43,965 bases of DNA from Solirubrobacterales bacterium (GTDB lineage Bacteria > Actinomycetota > Thermoleophilia > Solirubrobacterales > 70-9): assembly GCA_035759115.1 (NCBI GenBank), contig DASTVL010000067.1, forward strand, positions 1 to 43,965, written 5' to 3'. The position numbers and the translations under genes were made by a program. Below are positions 1 through 9,645 of this stretch, in pieces. The notes below the pieces were generated by a model. It was given only the letters and a program-made list of their open reading frames with translations, had not been told where the DNA came from and ran no database searches. How positions within the stretch are numbered: position 1 is the first letter of the stretch; the number at the start of each line of letters is the position of its first letter.

Positions 1-1119
1 AGCGTCTGCGCGACCGGGCCGATCGCCGGCGGCAGCACGCCGCGGAAGGTGGGGTGGTTCTCGGGGAAGCCGAGCTTGCCGCCCCCGGTCGCGGGGGTCG
101 CCCAGACGGGCAGTCGCTGGCGCTCGGCGAGCCCGATAGCCGCCTCCCAGCCGCCGGAGGCGTCGACGTCGGGGCCGGCGACGAGGACCGGGTTGGAGGC
201 GGAGTCGAGCTTCTCGGCGAGGCGGCGGATCGAGTCGGGGCTTGCGACCGCGCGGCCGTCGATGCCGCGGGCGACGACCTCGCGCGCCTCGGCCTCGGGC
301 ATCTCGGCGTCCCAGTCGTCCATCGGGATCGAGACGAAAACGGGGCCCTGCGGCGGCAGCGCGGCGAGGTGGAGGCCGTGGGCGAGGGCGAGCGGCACGT
401 CCTCGGGGAAGACCTCGGCCAGGGCCGAGTGCACGGTCGAGGAGTTGAGCGGATCTTCTGCCGGGATTTCCTCCGGGCCGGGGTTGGGCTCAGGGCCCGG
501 GCGACTCGACTCGGGCGCCGCCTCGAGCAGCGCCTTGAGGGTGAGGCCGACGTCGGCGACGATCGCGTAGCCCATCGGTGCCCGGGCCGCCTCGTCGGGA
601 TCGCTGGTGATCGCGACCAGGGTCGCGCCCTCGGGCAGCAGCGGGCCGGGGATGTGCGGGTAGTAGGGGAAGACCGAGCTGCCGGCGACGAGGATCAGGT
701 CGTGGCCCTCGAGCGTCTGCGCGACCGGGCCGATCGCGGGCGGCAGCACGCCGCGGTAGTTGGGGTGGTTCTCGGGGAAGCCGAGCTTGCCACCGCCGGT
801 CGCGGGGGTCGCCCAGACGGGGAGCCGCTGGCGCTCGGCGAGGCCGATCGCCGCCTCCCAGCCGCCGGAGGCGTCGATGTCGGGACCGGCCACGAGGACC
901 GGGTTGGCGGCGGAGTCGAGCTTCCCGGCGAGGCGGCGGATCGAGTCGGGACTTGCAACCGCGCGGCCGTCGACGCCGCGGGCGACGACCTCGCGCGCCT
1001 CGGCCTCGGGCACATCTGCATCCCAGTCGTCCATCGGGATCGAGACGAAGACGGGCCCCTGCGGCGGCAGCGCGGCGAGGTGGAGGCCGTGGGCGAGGGC
1101 GAGCGGCACGTCCTCGGGG
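1..1119. repeat. Tandem direct repeat, period 711 bp (nt 1-408 repeat nt 712-1119; copy I continues left of the window)
   Basis: Hand alignment gives 23 mismatches in 408 nt. Identity stops at 408/1119 (cctcgggg). Confidence 0.9.
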
Positions 1120-1511
1120 CGCGGCGGCTCGTGCGACCACTTGACCAGCGGGTGCGGCAGCCGGGTCGCGTCGCGGTTGGTCAGGTTCGCCTGCAGGGTC
1201 ATCTGCGCGCGCGCCTGCTGGCCGGCGGTGATCAGCAGCGGCGAGTGGTTGGCGTGGGCGTTGAAGATCGCCCCCATCGCGTTGCCGACCCCGGGCGCAG
1301 TGTGCAGGTTGGCGACCGCCGGCCGGCCCGAGGCCTGGGCGAAGCCGTCGGCCATGCCGACGACTACCGCCTCCTGCAGGCCGAGCACGTACTGGAAGTC
1401 GCCGGGGAAGTCGGCCAGCATCGGCAGCTCGGTCGATCCGGGGTTGCCGAAGATGGTCGTCATCCCCTGGGAACGCAGCAGGTCGAAGCTCGCGTCGCGC
1501 ACGGTCGGCAT
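1..1511 (-). CDS. mdlC: Benzoylformate decarboxylase-like thiamine-diphosphate enzyme; 5' end complete, 3' end runs off the window; carries an internal tandem duplication
   Basis: Minus-strand frame is open from ATG at 1511 to the window edge. It is absent from the ORF track because it has no in-window stop. N-terminus MPTVRDASFDLLRSQGMTTIFGNPGSTELPMLADFPGDFQYVLGLQEAVVVGMADGFAQASGRPAVANLHTAPGVGNAMGAIFNAHANHSPLLITAGQQ matches the PYR domain of BFD/ThDP enzymes as I remember them. The middle-domain sequence follows. Confidence 0.8.
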   Translation of the reverse strand, partial: MPTVRDASFDLLRSQGMTTIFGNPGSTELPMLADFPGDFQYVLGLQEAVVVGMADGFAQASGRPAVANLHTAPGVGNAMGAIFNAHANHSPLLITAGQQARAQMTLQANLTNRDATRLPHPLVKWSHEPPRPEDVPLALAHGLHLAALPPQGPVFVSIPMDDWDADVPEAEAREVVARGVDGRAVASPDSIRRLAGKLDSAANPVLVAGPDIDASGGWEAAIGLAERQRLPVWATPATGGGKLGFPENHPNYRGVLPPAIGPVAQTLEGHDLILVAGSSVFPYYPHIPGPLLPEGATLVAITSDPDEAARAPMGYAIVADVGLTLKALLEAAPESSRPGPEPNPGPEEIPAEDPLNSSTVHSALAEVFPEDVPLALAHGLHLAALPPQGPVFVSIPMDDWDAEMPEAEAREVVARGIDGRAVASPDSIRRLAEKLDSASNPVLVAGPDVDASGGWEAAIGLAERQRLPVWATPATGGGKLGFPENHPTFRGVLPPAIGPVAQT

Positions 1512-1577
1512 GGCCGGGACCCTAGATGAAAGTTGCCGTTTTAAAGAAAGCGGCACCGATCAGCCGATAGGCAGAGG

Positions 1578-2264
1578 GTGCTGAGACCGACCCTCCTACT
1601 TGTCGCCCTCGCTTCGCTCTGCTGCGCGCTCGCCGCGCCGGTGAGCGCTGCGCCTATCCCCACCCGCCTCGCCTACGGAACGGGGGAAATCGTTCCGATC
1701 CCGGCGGCGATCCCGCACGAAGAGGGCGACATGGTCGACCGCCGCATCGTGCCCAATCTGCGCTGGCTCGCCAAGCGCTTCCCGATCTACGTCACCGACG
1801 GCTACTCCGGCAGGCTGCCGGGCGGCGGCGGGCGCGCCGGCTGCCACGGCTGCCACGTCAAGAACTCCGATCACTACAACGGCCTCGCCGTCGACATCGT
1901 CGCGCTCAACGGGCGCGGCGGCTGCGACGGCGGCTGGCGCGGCATCACCCGCCTCGCCCGCTGGGCCGAGCCGCGCCAGAACCGCCCCCGCGCCCCGTTC
2001 CGCTGGGTCGGCTACGACGGCGACGCCGGCCACGGCTGCGGCCACCACCTGCACCTCTCCTGGGAACACGCGATCGCGCCGATGTTCACGCTGGCCGAAT
2101 GGGTCGAGATCTTCCCCGTGCGCCGGCAGGGCATCGCGACCAAGCCGAAGCCGACGCCCCCGCCGGCGGGCGAGCCGTCCGGCCTGAGGCCGCCGAAGGG
2201 GCCGCAGGGCGGCGCCGGGGCCGAGGCGACCCAATCCGGCGGCCTCTCCGCCCGCGGCGATTAG
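1578..2264 (+). CDS. Secreted zinc peptidase, M15 (VanY / D-Ala-D-Ala carboxypeptidase-like, LAS fold)
   Basis: GTG start. Signal peptide LLLVALASLCCALAAPVSA. SxHxxGxAxD motif (NSDHYNGLAVDI) and HxH motif (HHLHLSW). Pro/Gly-rich tail. Confidence 0.7.
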   Translation: MLRPTLLLVALASLCCALAAPVSAAPIPTRLAYGTGEIVPIPAAIPHEEGDMVDRRIVPNLRWLAKRFPIYVTDGYSGRLPGGGGRAGCHGCHVKNSDHYNGLAVDIVALNGRGGCDGGWRGITRLARWAEPRQNRPRAPFRWVGYDGDAGHGCGHHLHLSWEHAIAPMFTLAEWVEIFPVRRQGIATKPKPTPPPAGEPSGLRPPKGPQGGAGAEATQSGGLSARGD

Positions 2265-2381
2265 CAGGCCCGGTATCGGTAGGGCCTCCACTTAACTTTT
2301 TCTGAAGACAGCTTGCGGCTGTCCGCGGGCGCAGGTTCAGAAAAAGTACAAGACGTTCCGGCCCTACCGATACCGGGCCTG
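2265..2381 (+). repeat. E-type element, copy 1: 117-bp hairpin/MITE-like repeat with 22-bp perfect terminal inverted repeats and a 73-nt conserved core
   Basis: caggcccggtatcggtagggcc (2265-2286) is the exact reverse complement of 2360-2381. The core 2287-2359 aligns without gaps to 26923-26995. Confidence 0.85.
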
Positions 2382-2399
2382 ACGTGACGCCCACGTAGG

Positions 2400-2876
2400 A
2401 TGCGGCGGATGCATCGACTGCCGATAGCCGCGATCGTCGCCCTGATCGCATTCGTCGGATGCGGGGAGCAGGGTGGGTCTACGCCGGTCGCGTGCCTTGA
2501 AGGTGAGCTTGCCTACCTTGATGCGCTGGATGCCGCGCCGGGGGTCGTTGAGCTGGACGAAACGACCTTGATCTCGGAATGCCTGACCGAGAGCCAGGGT
2601 GGCGGAGACCTGGCCGAAGTCGGGACGGCGATGCTGAGCGCGGCCACGAACCTCAACGCGGAGGCGCGGGCGAAGCCCGGCGGCGAGGCCAACGTGCAGC
2701 TCGGCTACCTGCTCGGCGCGGCCCAGCGTGGCGCCGACGAGACCGAAGGGATCCACGACGAGCTCGTCCGCCGGCTCGCCGCCGCCGCCCGCTACAGCCC
2801 CGAGAACCGTCCGCTTCCGCCGGCCTTCCGGCGCGCCTACCGGCAGGGGTTCGACGCCGGCCTCGAGCGCGGCTGA
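2400..2876 (+). CDS. Lipoprotein of unknown function
   Basis: Signal peptide with lipobox (IAFVGC). GC3-rich codon usage. An alternative ATG lies at 2409. Confidence 0.55.
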   Translation: MRRMHRLPIAAIVALIAFVGCGEQGGSTPVACLEGELAYLDALDAAPGVVELDETTLISECLTESQGGGDLAEVGTAMLSAATNLNAEARAKPGGEANVQLGYLLGAAQRGADETEGIHDELVRRLAAAARYSPENRPLPPAFRRAYRQGFDAGLERG

Positions 2877-2915
2877 ATACGCTGCCGGTACGAACTTCGA
2901 ATCGATGGAGGCAGC

Positions 2916-4229
<1,314 letters not shown>

Positions 4230-4252
4230 TGAAAAGGCGCGACTGGTTGTCG

Positions 4253-5419
4253 TCAGTAGTCCTGTCGAGTGCGACGAAGGAAGTCATCGAACATCGGGAC
4301 CGTGAAGGCGGTATCGCCGTGCGCTGGGCTGTACACCATTCCCTTTTGAATCAGACCCGATCGTCGAGGGGCGACACTCTCGACCTTTACCCCCAGCTCA
4401 GCAGCGATGTCCCCGGATCGATGGGGACCTGGGCCAAGCTCGGCCATGGCCGCAAGATATTTCTTCTCCGCCGGAGTCAGCCTGTCCATGCGAACCCGGA
4501 AGAAGTTCTCGTCAAGACGGCGCTGAACGTCTCGAGCGGCAAGGTTCACGTCATCTAGCGTGATCGGAGATTCAGGCGCGGTATTCCAGACGTGATATCC
4601 CCACTCCTGGAGAAAGTAGGGGTAGCCCTGAGTGAACCCCAAGAGGCTGTCTAGGGCATCCGGAGAGAACTCGACCTGGTGAGCACTCGCCGGGGTTGCC
4701 AAAACCGACCGGGCGTCATCGTCATCGAGTGACCCGATCTCGGGAAAGTCGAAGAGCCTCTCGGCGTAGGACTTGGCATTCCCAGCCAGCCCGGGAAGCT
4801 GTGGAAGCCCAGCGCCGACGAGAATCACCGGGAGCCCCAACTGGACCGTGCGGTGGATGGCCGTGATCAGCGCAGCGAGCTCGTCGGCGCTGAGGTACTG
4901 AACCTCGTCGATCGCTATCAGGAATCCCCGCCCCCGATCCTTCGCCGCTTCTCCCGCAGCGACGAGCAAATCGGTGGTGTCCTCGGCCAGAACCCCGGAA
5001 TCCGCACTTCCAGCCAATGCATCCACGTTGAGCGCAATCGAGGTTCCATCAGGCAAGTTGTACGAGAACGATTTGAGCGTTCCGAGCGCGCGTTTGACCG
5101 CGCTCGACACCGACCCCCTGTCGAGCTCCAGCAAGACAGAGCGAAGACGGGCGGCCAGCAGGTGCTCGAAATCGCCAGTCTCAGGCGCCTCGATGAACGC
5201 GCTCACCAGCCCCTCTTCCTGTGCCATCTGATCGAAGCGGTTGAGCAGAACCGTCTTGCCCACGCCCCTCAGCCCGATGGGCATGATGCTCTTGCCGGGA
5301 CGCTCCGAGACGGTGCGCCTCAACGCGACCTTGTAGTCGGCGACGAGATCGTCACGGCCGACAAATGCCGGAGGGGAGGTGCCTGCTCCGGGCGAGAATG
5401 GGTTGTCGAAGGGATCCAT
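4253..5419 (-). CDS. AAA/Orc-STAND-like ATPase with C-terminal winged-helix domain (Arch_ATPase/AAA_16-like)
   Basis: FVGRDDL lead-in, Walker A GLRGVGKT, Walker B FLIAIDEVQ. C-terminal wHTH-like segment (LTPAEKKYLAAMAELGPGPHRSGDIAAELGV). The gene is clearly lower in GC than its flanks. Confidence 0.7.
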   Translation of the reverse strand: MDPFDNPFSPGAGTSPPAFVGRDDLVADYKVALRRTVSERPGKSIMPIGLRGVGKTVLLNRFDQMAQEEGLVSAFIEAPETGDFEHLLAARLRSVLLELDRGSVSSAVKRALGTLKSFSYNLPDGTSIALNVDALAGSADSGVLAEDTTDLLVAAGEAAKDRGRGFLIAIDEVQYLSADELAALITAIHRTVQLGLPVILVGAGLPQLPGLAGNAKSYAERLFDFPEIGSLDDDDARSVLATPASAHQVEFSPDALDSLLGFTQGYPYFLQEWGYHVWNTAPESPITLDDVNLAARDVQRRLDENFFRVRMDRLTPAEKKYLAAMAELGPGPHRSGDIAAELGVKVESVAPRRSGLIQKGMVYSPAHGDTAFTVPMFDDFLRRTRQDY

Positions 5420-5430
5420 CTTGGCGGACC

Positions 5431-5469
5431 TTACCGCATCTTATCCTTCTTACCGTCATATACGGTAAG
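5431..5469. promoter_or_regulatory. Candidate operator upstream of the ATPase gene: three TTACCG half-sites including the palindrome cttaccgt-N5-acggtaag
   Basis: ttaccg at 5431-5436 and 5450-5455, with inverted cggtaa at 5463-5468. The sites lie 12-50 nt upstream of ATG 5419. An AT-rich TATAC stretch sits in the spacer. Confidence 0.4.
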
Positions 5470-5488
5470 TTAAGAAAGCCAGCCACCC

Positions 5489-6919
5489 TCAACCCTGCAG
5501 GGTTACAAACCGCTCCTCGGTCAGCTCGAGCACGGCGTAGGCGGGGCCCTCGCGGGTGTTGCCTGAGTCCTTGACGCCGCCGTAGGGCATCTGGTCGGCA
5601 CGGAAGGTCGGGACCTCGTTGATCAGCACGCCGCCGAACTCGAGCGTGCGGGCGGCCTCTAGGCCGCGGCCGATGTCGCGGGTGAAGACGCCCGCCTGCA
5701 GGCCGAACTTGGATTCGTTGGCGAGCCGCAGCGCCTCGTCGAACTCGGCGTAGCGGTCGATCGTCGCGACCGGGCCGAAGATCTCCTCGCACCAGACCTT
5801 GGCGTCGCGCGGCGGGTTCGCCAGCAGGGTCGGCGCCAGGCAGCGGCCCTCGTCGACCAGCTCACCGCCGCTGAGCAGCTCGGCGCCGGCCTCGACCGCC
5901 TCGTCGATCCACTGCTTGACCCGATCGCGGTCGCCGGGGGTGATCAACGGGCCGACGTCGGTGCCGGGGTCGAGCGGGTCGCCGACGGCCAGCTTCTCGA
6001 CCTTGGCGACGAGGCGCTCGACGAAGGAGTCGGCGATCTCCTCGTGGACGAGGATGCGCTGGATCGAGATGCAGCTCTGGCCGGCGTGCGAGAAGGCGTG
6101 GACCTGGGCCTTGTCGGCCGCGGTCTCCCAGTCGCCGTCGGCGTGGACGATCAGCGGCGCGTTCGAGCCCAGCTCGAGGTTGACCTTCTTGTGCGGGACG
6201 CGACTGCGGATATCCCAGCCGACCCCGGCCGAGCCGGTGAAGCTGAGCGCGCCGGTCAGCTCGTGCTCGACGATCGCGTTGCCGACCTCCGAGCCGGGCC
6301 CGGGGACGACGCTGAGCCAACCTTCGGGCAGGCCGGCCTCGGCCAGGATCGCGGCCAGCTTCAGCGCCGAGATCGGCGTCTGCCCGGCCGGCTTGAGCAC
6401 GACCGCGTTGCCGGCGGCCAGCGCCGGGCCGAGCTTGTGGGCGACGAGGTTGAGCGGGAAGTTGAAGGGGCTGATCGCGCCGACGACGCCGTAGGGCACG
6501 CGCAGCATCACGCCGAGCTTGCCGGCGCCCGAAGATGAGGCGTCCATCGGCACCGTGCCGCCGTTCAGCTTGCGCGCCTCGACCGCGGAGAAGGTCAGCG
6601 TGTCGACGCAGCGGCCGGCCTCGGCCTCGGCCGTCTTCAGCGGCTTGCCCGCCTCGGCGGCGATCGTCCGGGCGAGGTCGTCGAGCCGCTCGCCGACCAG
6701 GCCCGCGGCGCGGTCGAGCACCGCGGCGCGCTCGTGCTGGGGGAAGTCGCCCGACTCGAACGCCTCGCGGGCGGCGACGGCGCAGCGGTCGACCAGCGCG
6801 GCGTCCCCCTGCGCGACCCGGCCGACGGCGGCGCCGTCGTAGGGGCTCGCAACCTCGGCCCACTCGCCGGTCTCGATCCACTCGCCGGCGGCGAAGAGCT
6901 TGTGATCGGTCGCCTCCAT
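5489..6919 (-). CDS. NAD(P)-dependent aldehyde dehydrogenase
   Basis: Catalytic ELGSNAP and GQSC motifs, FTGS, PFNFP, and EEIFGPV-like CEEIFGPV. Confidence 0.85.
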   Translation of the reverse strand: MEATDHKLFAAGEWIETGEWAEVASPYDGAAVGRVAQGDAALVDRCAVAAREAFESGDFPQHERAAVLDRAAGLVGERLDDLARTIAAEAGKPLKTAEAEAGRCVDTLTFSAVEARKLNGGTVPMDASSSGAGKLGVMLRVPYGVVGAISPFNFPLNLVAHKLGPALAAGNAVVLKPAGQTPISALKLAAILAEAGLPEGWLSVVPGPGSEVGNAIVEHELTGALSFTGSAGVGWDIRSRVPHKKVNLELGSNAPLIVHADGDWETAADKAQVHAFSHAGQSCISIQRILVHEEIADSFVERLVAKVEKLAVGDPLDPGTDVGPLITPGDRDRVKQWIDEAVEAGAELLSGGELVDEGRCLAPTLLANPPRDAKVWCEEIFGPVATIDRYAEFDEALRLANESKFGLQAGVFTRDIGRGLEAARTLEFGGVLINEVPTFRADQMPYGGVKDSGNTREGPAYAVLELTEERFVTLQG

Positions 6920-6929
6920 CTGAACTGGC

Positions 6930-7919
6930 CTACCCGTCCGCGTAGGGCTGAATCGGGATCCCGTGGTCGGTCTCGCGCATGCCGAGCTCGTAGGCGCCGC
7001 CGCCGGGCAGGCTCAGCCGCAGCGGCGGCTCAGCCGGGCGTTCGACGGTCAGCTCGAGGTCGGCGACCGAGCAGTTGATCGTGTTGTGCTCGGGGCCGTC
7101 GGGGTCGGCGTAGACCCAGCCGACGAAGTCCTTGCGCGGCGCGGCGACGCGGCCGCGGACGACGATGTCCTTGCCGGGCAGGACGAAGGAGCACTCGCCC
7201 GCCGCGGCGGAGACCTCGGAGCTGCGGACCTTGCCGAAGCCGCCGAGCCGGTGCTGCTCGCCTTCCAGCGTCAGCATCCCGGCGGCGATCCAGGGCGTCG
7301 TCCAGGGGCCGAGCCTGATCCGCGCCGCGCCGGTGTCGAAGTAGGTGCCCGGCGAGCCCTCGAAGCCGGTGCCCTCGAGCCAGACCCAGCGCTCGGCGTG
7401 CTCGGTGCCCCAGTTGTGGCCGATCATCCCCGGCCAGCCGTCGAGCTCGATCGCCTCGCCGTCGATCTCGACCCGGCCGCTGAAGCGGGCGTCGGGAAAC
7501 GGCGCTACGAACTTCGTTTTCGGCAGGCGCGTCTCGTAGAGGCGCTCCGAGGGCAGGTACTGACAGGGCTCGGCGTCGCCTGAGAAGCGCAGGTCCCAGG
7601 AGGCGGTCAGGCTGTCGCCGCCGACCGCTCCGCGCGCCCTGCCGGGGCCGATCTCGGCGTCGGCGACGCGGATCCAGCCGTCCTCGGGAACCGAGAGTTC
7701 GCCCGCGGGCACGGTCGCCTTGGTCGCCCGCGGCCCCTCCGCCTCGCGGTCGAACAGCGTGAACCAGATCGAGGCGTCGGGCGCGGCGCCCGGCCGCTTG
7801 TGCACCGTGTGCCGGATCCAGATCCCCTGCCCCCCGCCCGGCCGGCATGCCTTCAGATAGAAGCTCTCGTAGTGGCCCGCCTTGGCGGCGACCGCGGGGA
7901 ACCTCGCGCCCTGGTCCAT
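6930..7919 (-). CDS. Conserved hypothetical protein, possibly tocopherol-cyclase/CrtC-like fold
   Basis: Clean 329-aa ORF. GHNWGTEHAERWVWLEG resembles the (E/H)xNWG...W.W motif of the tocopherol cyclase family. The function call is weak. Confidence 0.6.
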   Translation of the reverse strand: MDQGARFPAVAAKAGHYESFYLKACRPGGGQGIWIRHTVHKRPGAAPDASIWFTLFDREAEGPRATKATVPAGELSVPEDGWIRVADAEIGPGRARGAVGGDSLTASWDLRFSGDAEPCQYLPSERLYETRLPKTKFVAPFPDARFSGRVEIDGEAIELDGWPGMIGHNWGTEHAERWVWLEGTGFEGSPGTYFDTGAARIRLGPWTTPWIAAGMLTLEGEQHRLGGFGKVRSSEVSAAAGECSFVLPGKDIVVRGRVAAPRKDFVGWVYADPDGPEHNTINCSVADLELTVERPAEPPLRLSLPGGGAYELGMRETDHGIPIQPYADG

Positions 7920-7929
7920 GGCGGTGACG

Positions 7930-9003
7930 CTACACCTTGATGGTTATGACGTCGCCGTCCTCGACGACGTAGTCGCGGCCCTCGATCCGGAGCAGGCCCT
8001 TGTCGCGCGCCGCTGCGTAGCCGCGGCACTCGACCAGCTCGCGCCAGCCGATCGTCTCGGCTTTGACGAAGGCGTCCTGGATCTCGCCGTGGATCGTCCC
8101 CGCCGCCTCCCAGGCGGTCGCGCCGCGCGCGAGCGGCCGCGCCACCGCTTCCTTGTCCTCGCCCGCGGTGAAGAAGACGATCAGCTCGAGCAGCTCGTAG
8201 GCGGCGCGGACGAGCCGGGCGAGCCCGGAGCCCTCGACCCCGTAGGACTCGCGCATCTCCTCCGCCTCGGCGGGGTCGAGCTCGGCCAGCTCGCCCTCGA
8301 TCCGGGCGCTGACGGCGACCACGCCGGCCCCGGTCGCGGCCGCGTGCTCGCGTACCGCGGCCGGCGCCTCGGCGTCGCCCTCGTCGACGTTGGCGACGTA
8401 GAGCATCGGCTTCGAGGTCAGCGCCTGCAGGTTGGCCGGGCCGTGCGCCGCGGCCTCGGGCACGGGCACCGAGCGCGCCGGCCTGCCCGCCGCCAGCGCC
8501 TCGACCACCCGCTCCAGCCAGTCGCGCTCGGCGATCGCATCCGCATCGCCCGACTTGGCGCCCTTGCTCACCCGGTGGAGCCGGCGCTCGGCCTGCTCGT
8601 AGTCGGAGAGGACGAGCTCGGTCTCGATCGTCTCGATGTCGGCGAGCGGGTCGACGCGGCCGTCGGGATGGGGGACGCCCGAGTCGGCGTGGCAGCGGAC
8701 GACGTGGCAGATCGCGTCGGTCTCGCGAATCGAGGCGAGGAACTGGTTGCCGAGCCCCTCGCCCTCGGAGGCCCCCTTGACCAGGCCGGCGATGTCGTGG
8801 AAGGAGATCGTCGCCGGCACCAGCTCGGAGCTGCCGACGGTCTCGCCGACCTGCTGCAACCGCTCGTCGGGCACCTGGGCGATCGCCACGTTGGGCTCGA
8901 TCGTCGTGAACGGGTAGTCGCCGGTCTGCGCGCCGCCCTTGGTCAGGGCGTTGAAGAGGGTCGACTTGCCCGCGTTGGGCAGCCCGACGATCCCGACCTT
9001 CAC
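7930..9003 (-). CDS. ychF: Redox-regulated ATPase YchF (Obg-like GTPase family)
   Basis: MKVGIVGLPNAGKSTLFNALT, DIAGLVKGASEGEGLGNQFL, and a C-terminal TGS-like domain. Confidence 0.95.
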   Translation of the reverse strand: MKVGIVGLPNAGKSTLFNALTKGGAQTGDYPFTTIEPNVAIAQVPDERLQQVGETVGSSELVPATISFHDIAGLVKGASEGEGLGNQFLASIRETDAICHVVRCHADSGVPHPDGRVDPLADIETIETELVLSDYEQAERRLHRVSKGAKSGDADAIAERDWLERVVEALAAGRPARSVPVPEAAAHGPANLQALTSKPMLYVANVDEGDAEAPAAVREHAAATGAGVVAVSARIEGELAELDPAEAEEMRESYGVEGSGLARLVRAAYELLELIVFFTAGEDKEAVARPLARGATAWEAAGTIHGEIQDAFVKAETIGWRELVECRGYAAARDKGLLRIEGRDYVVEDGDVITIKV

Positions 9004-9608
9004 GGGCCCGGCGGCGGTTGCGGGGCGGCGCTTGCCGGCGGCAGCGGAGCGAGCCTGCCGAGCAGCGTGCCGAGCGCGGCGCCGGCGGCGACGTCGCTCG
9101 GGTAGTGCATCCCCAGGTAGGGCCGGCCGACGCAGATCGCCACGGCGAGCAGCAGCAGCGGCCGCTTCGCCCCCGGCTCGACCCGCGCCAGCGCCGTCGC
9201 CGCCGCCAGCGAGGACGTGGCGTGCGCGGAGGGGAAGGAGAGCTTGCTCGGCGCCTTCGCCAGCGCCGGGTGCTCGGTGATCACCGGCCGCTCACGGCCG
9301 ACCGTCTTCTTCACGGCGAAGTTGACGACGATCGCCGCGGGCGCGACGAGCGCGGCGGCGAGCCAGCGCGAGCGGCGCGGCGGGTCGACCGCGGCGGCGC
9401 CCGCCCCGATCGCGATCCAGACCGCCCCGTACTCGCCGCTGAGGCCGAGCGCCTTCATCGTCGCCTCGGCCGGGGCCGGGTGGGCGCGCGTGCGCAGCAG
9501 CCGCAGCAGCGCCTGGTCGAGCGCGCCGAGGGCGCTGGCGTGGCCGACGGCGCGCGCCCGCCAGGCGGCACGGCGGGTCTGCTTGCGGAGTCTCAGGCGG
9601 CCGGGCAT
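9000..9608 (-). CDS. PAP2-family lipid phosphatase
   Basis: KKTVGRERP, FPSAHA and GRPYLGMHYPSDV fit KxxxxxxRP / PSGH / SRxxxxxHxxxD. 4-nt overlap with ychF. Confidence 0.8.
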   Translation of the reverse strand: MPGRLRLRKQTRRAAWRARAVGHASALGALDQALLRLLRTRAHPAPAEATMKALGLSGEYGAVWIAIGAGAAAVDPPRRSRWLAAALVAPAAIVVNFAVKKTVGRERPVITEHPALAKAPSKLSFPSAHATSSLAAATALARVEPGAKRPLLLLAVAICVGRPYLGMHYPSDVAAGAALGTLLGRLAPLPPASAAPQPPPGP

Positions 9609-9645
9609 CGGGGGCGCAGGATAAGCCGAGCGCGGCGGGCGGCGC

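Noticed and set aside
54-1529. 491-aa plus-strand ORF (and the 173/274-aa ORFs nearby)
   Set aside because: It is antisense to the clearly homologous ThDP-enzyme frame. The composition (R/G/A/D-rich, no motifs) is typical of high-GC shadow ORFs. Its internal repetition simply mirrors the 711-bp duplication.
5491-5504. Perfect palindrome aaccctgcagggtt as a terminator
   Set aside because: It encodes the last residues (TLQG) of the ALDH, has no U tract, and is only 7 bp per arm.
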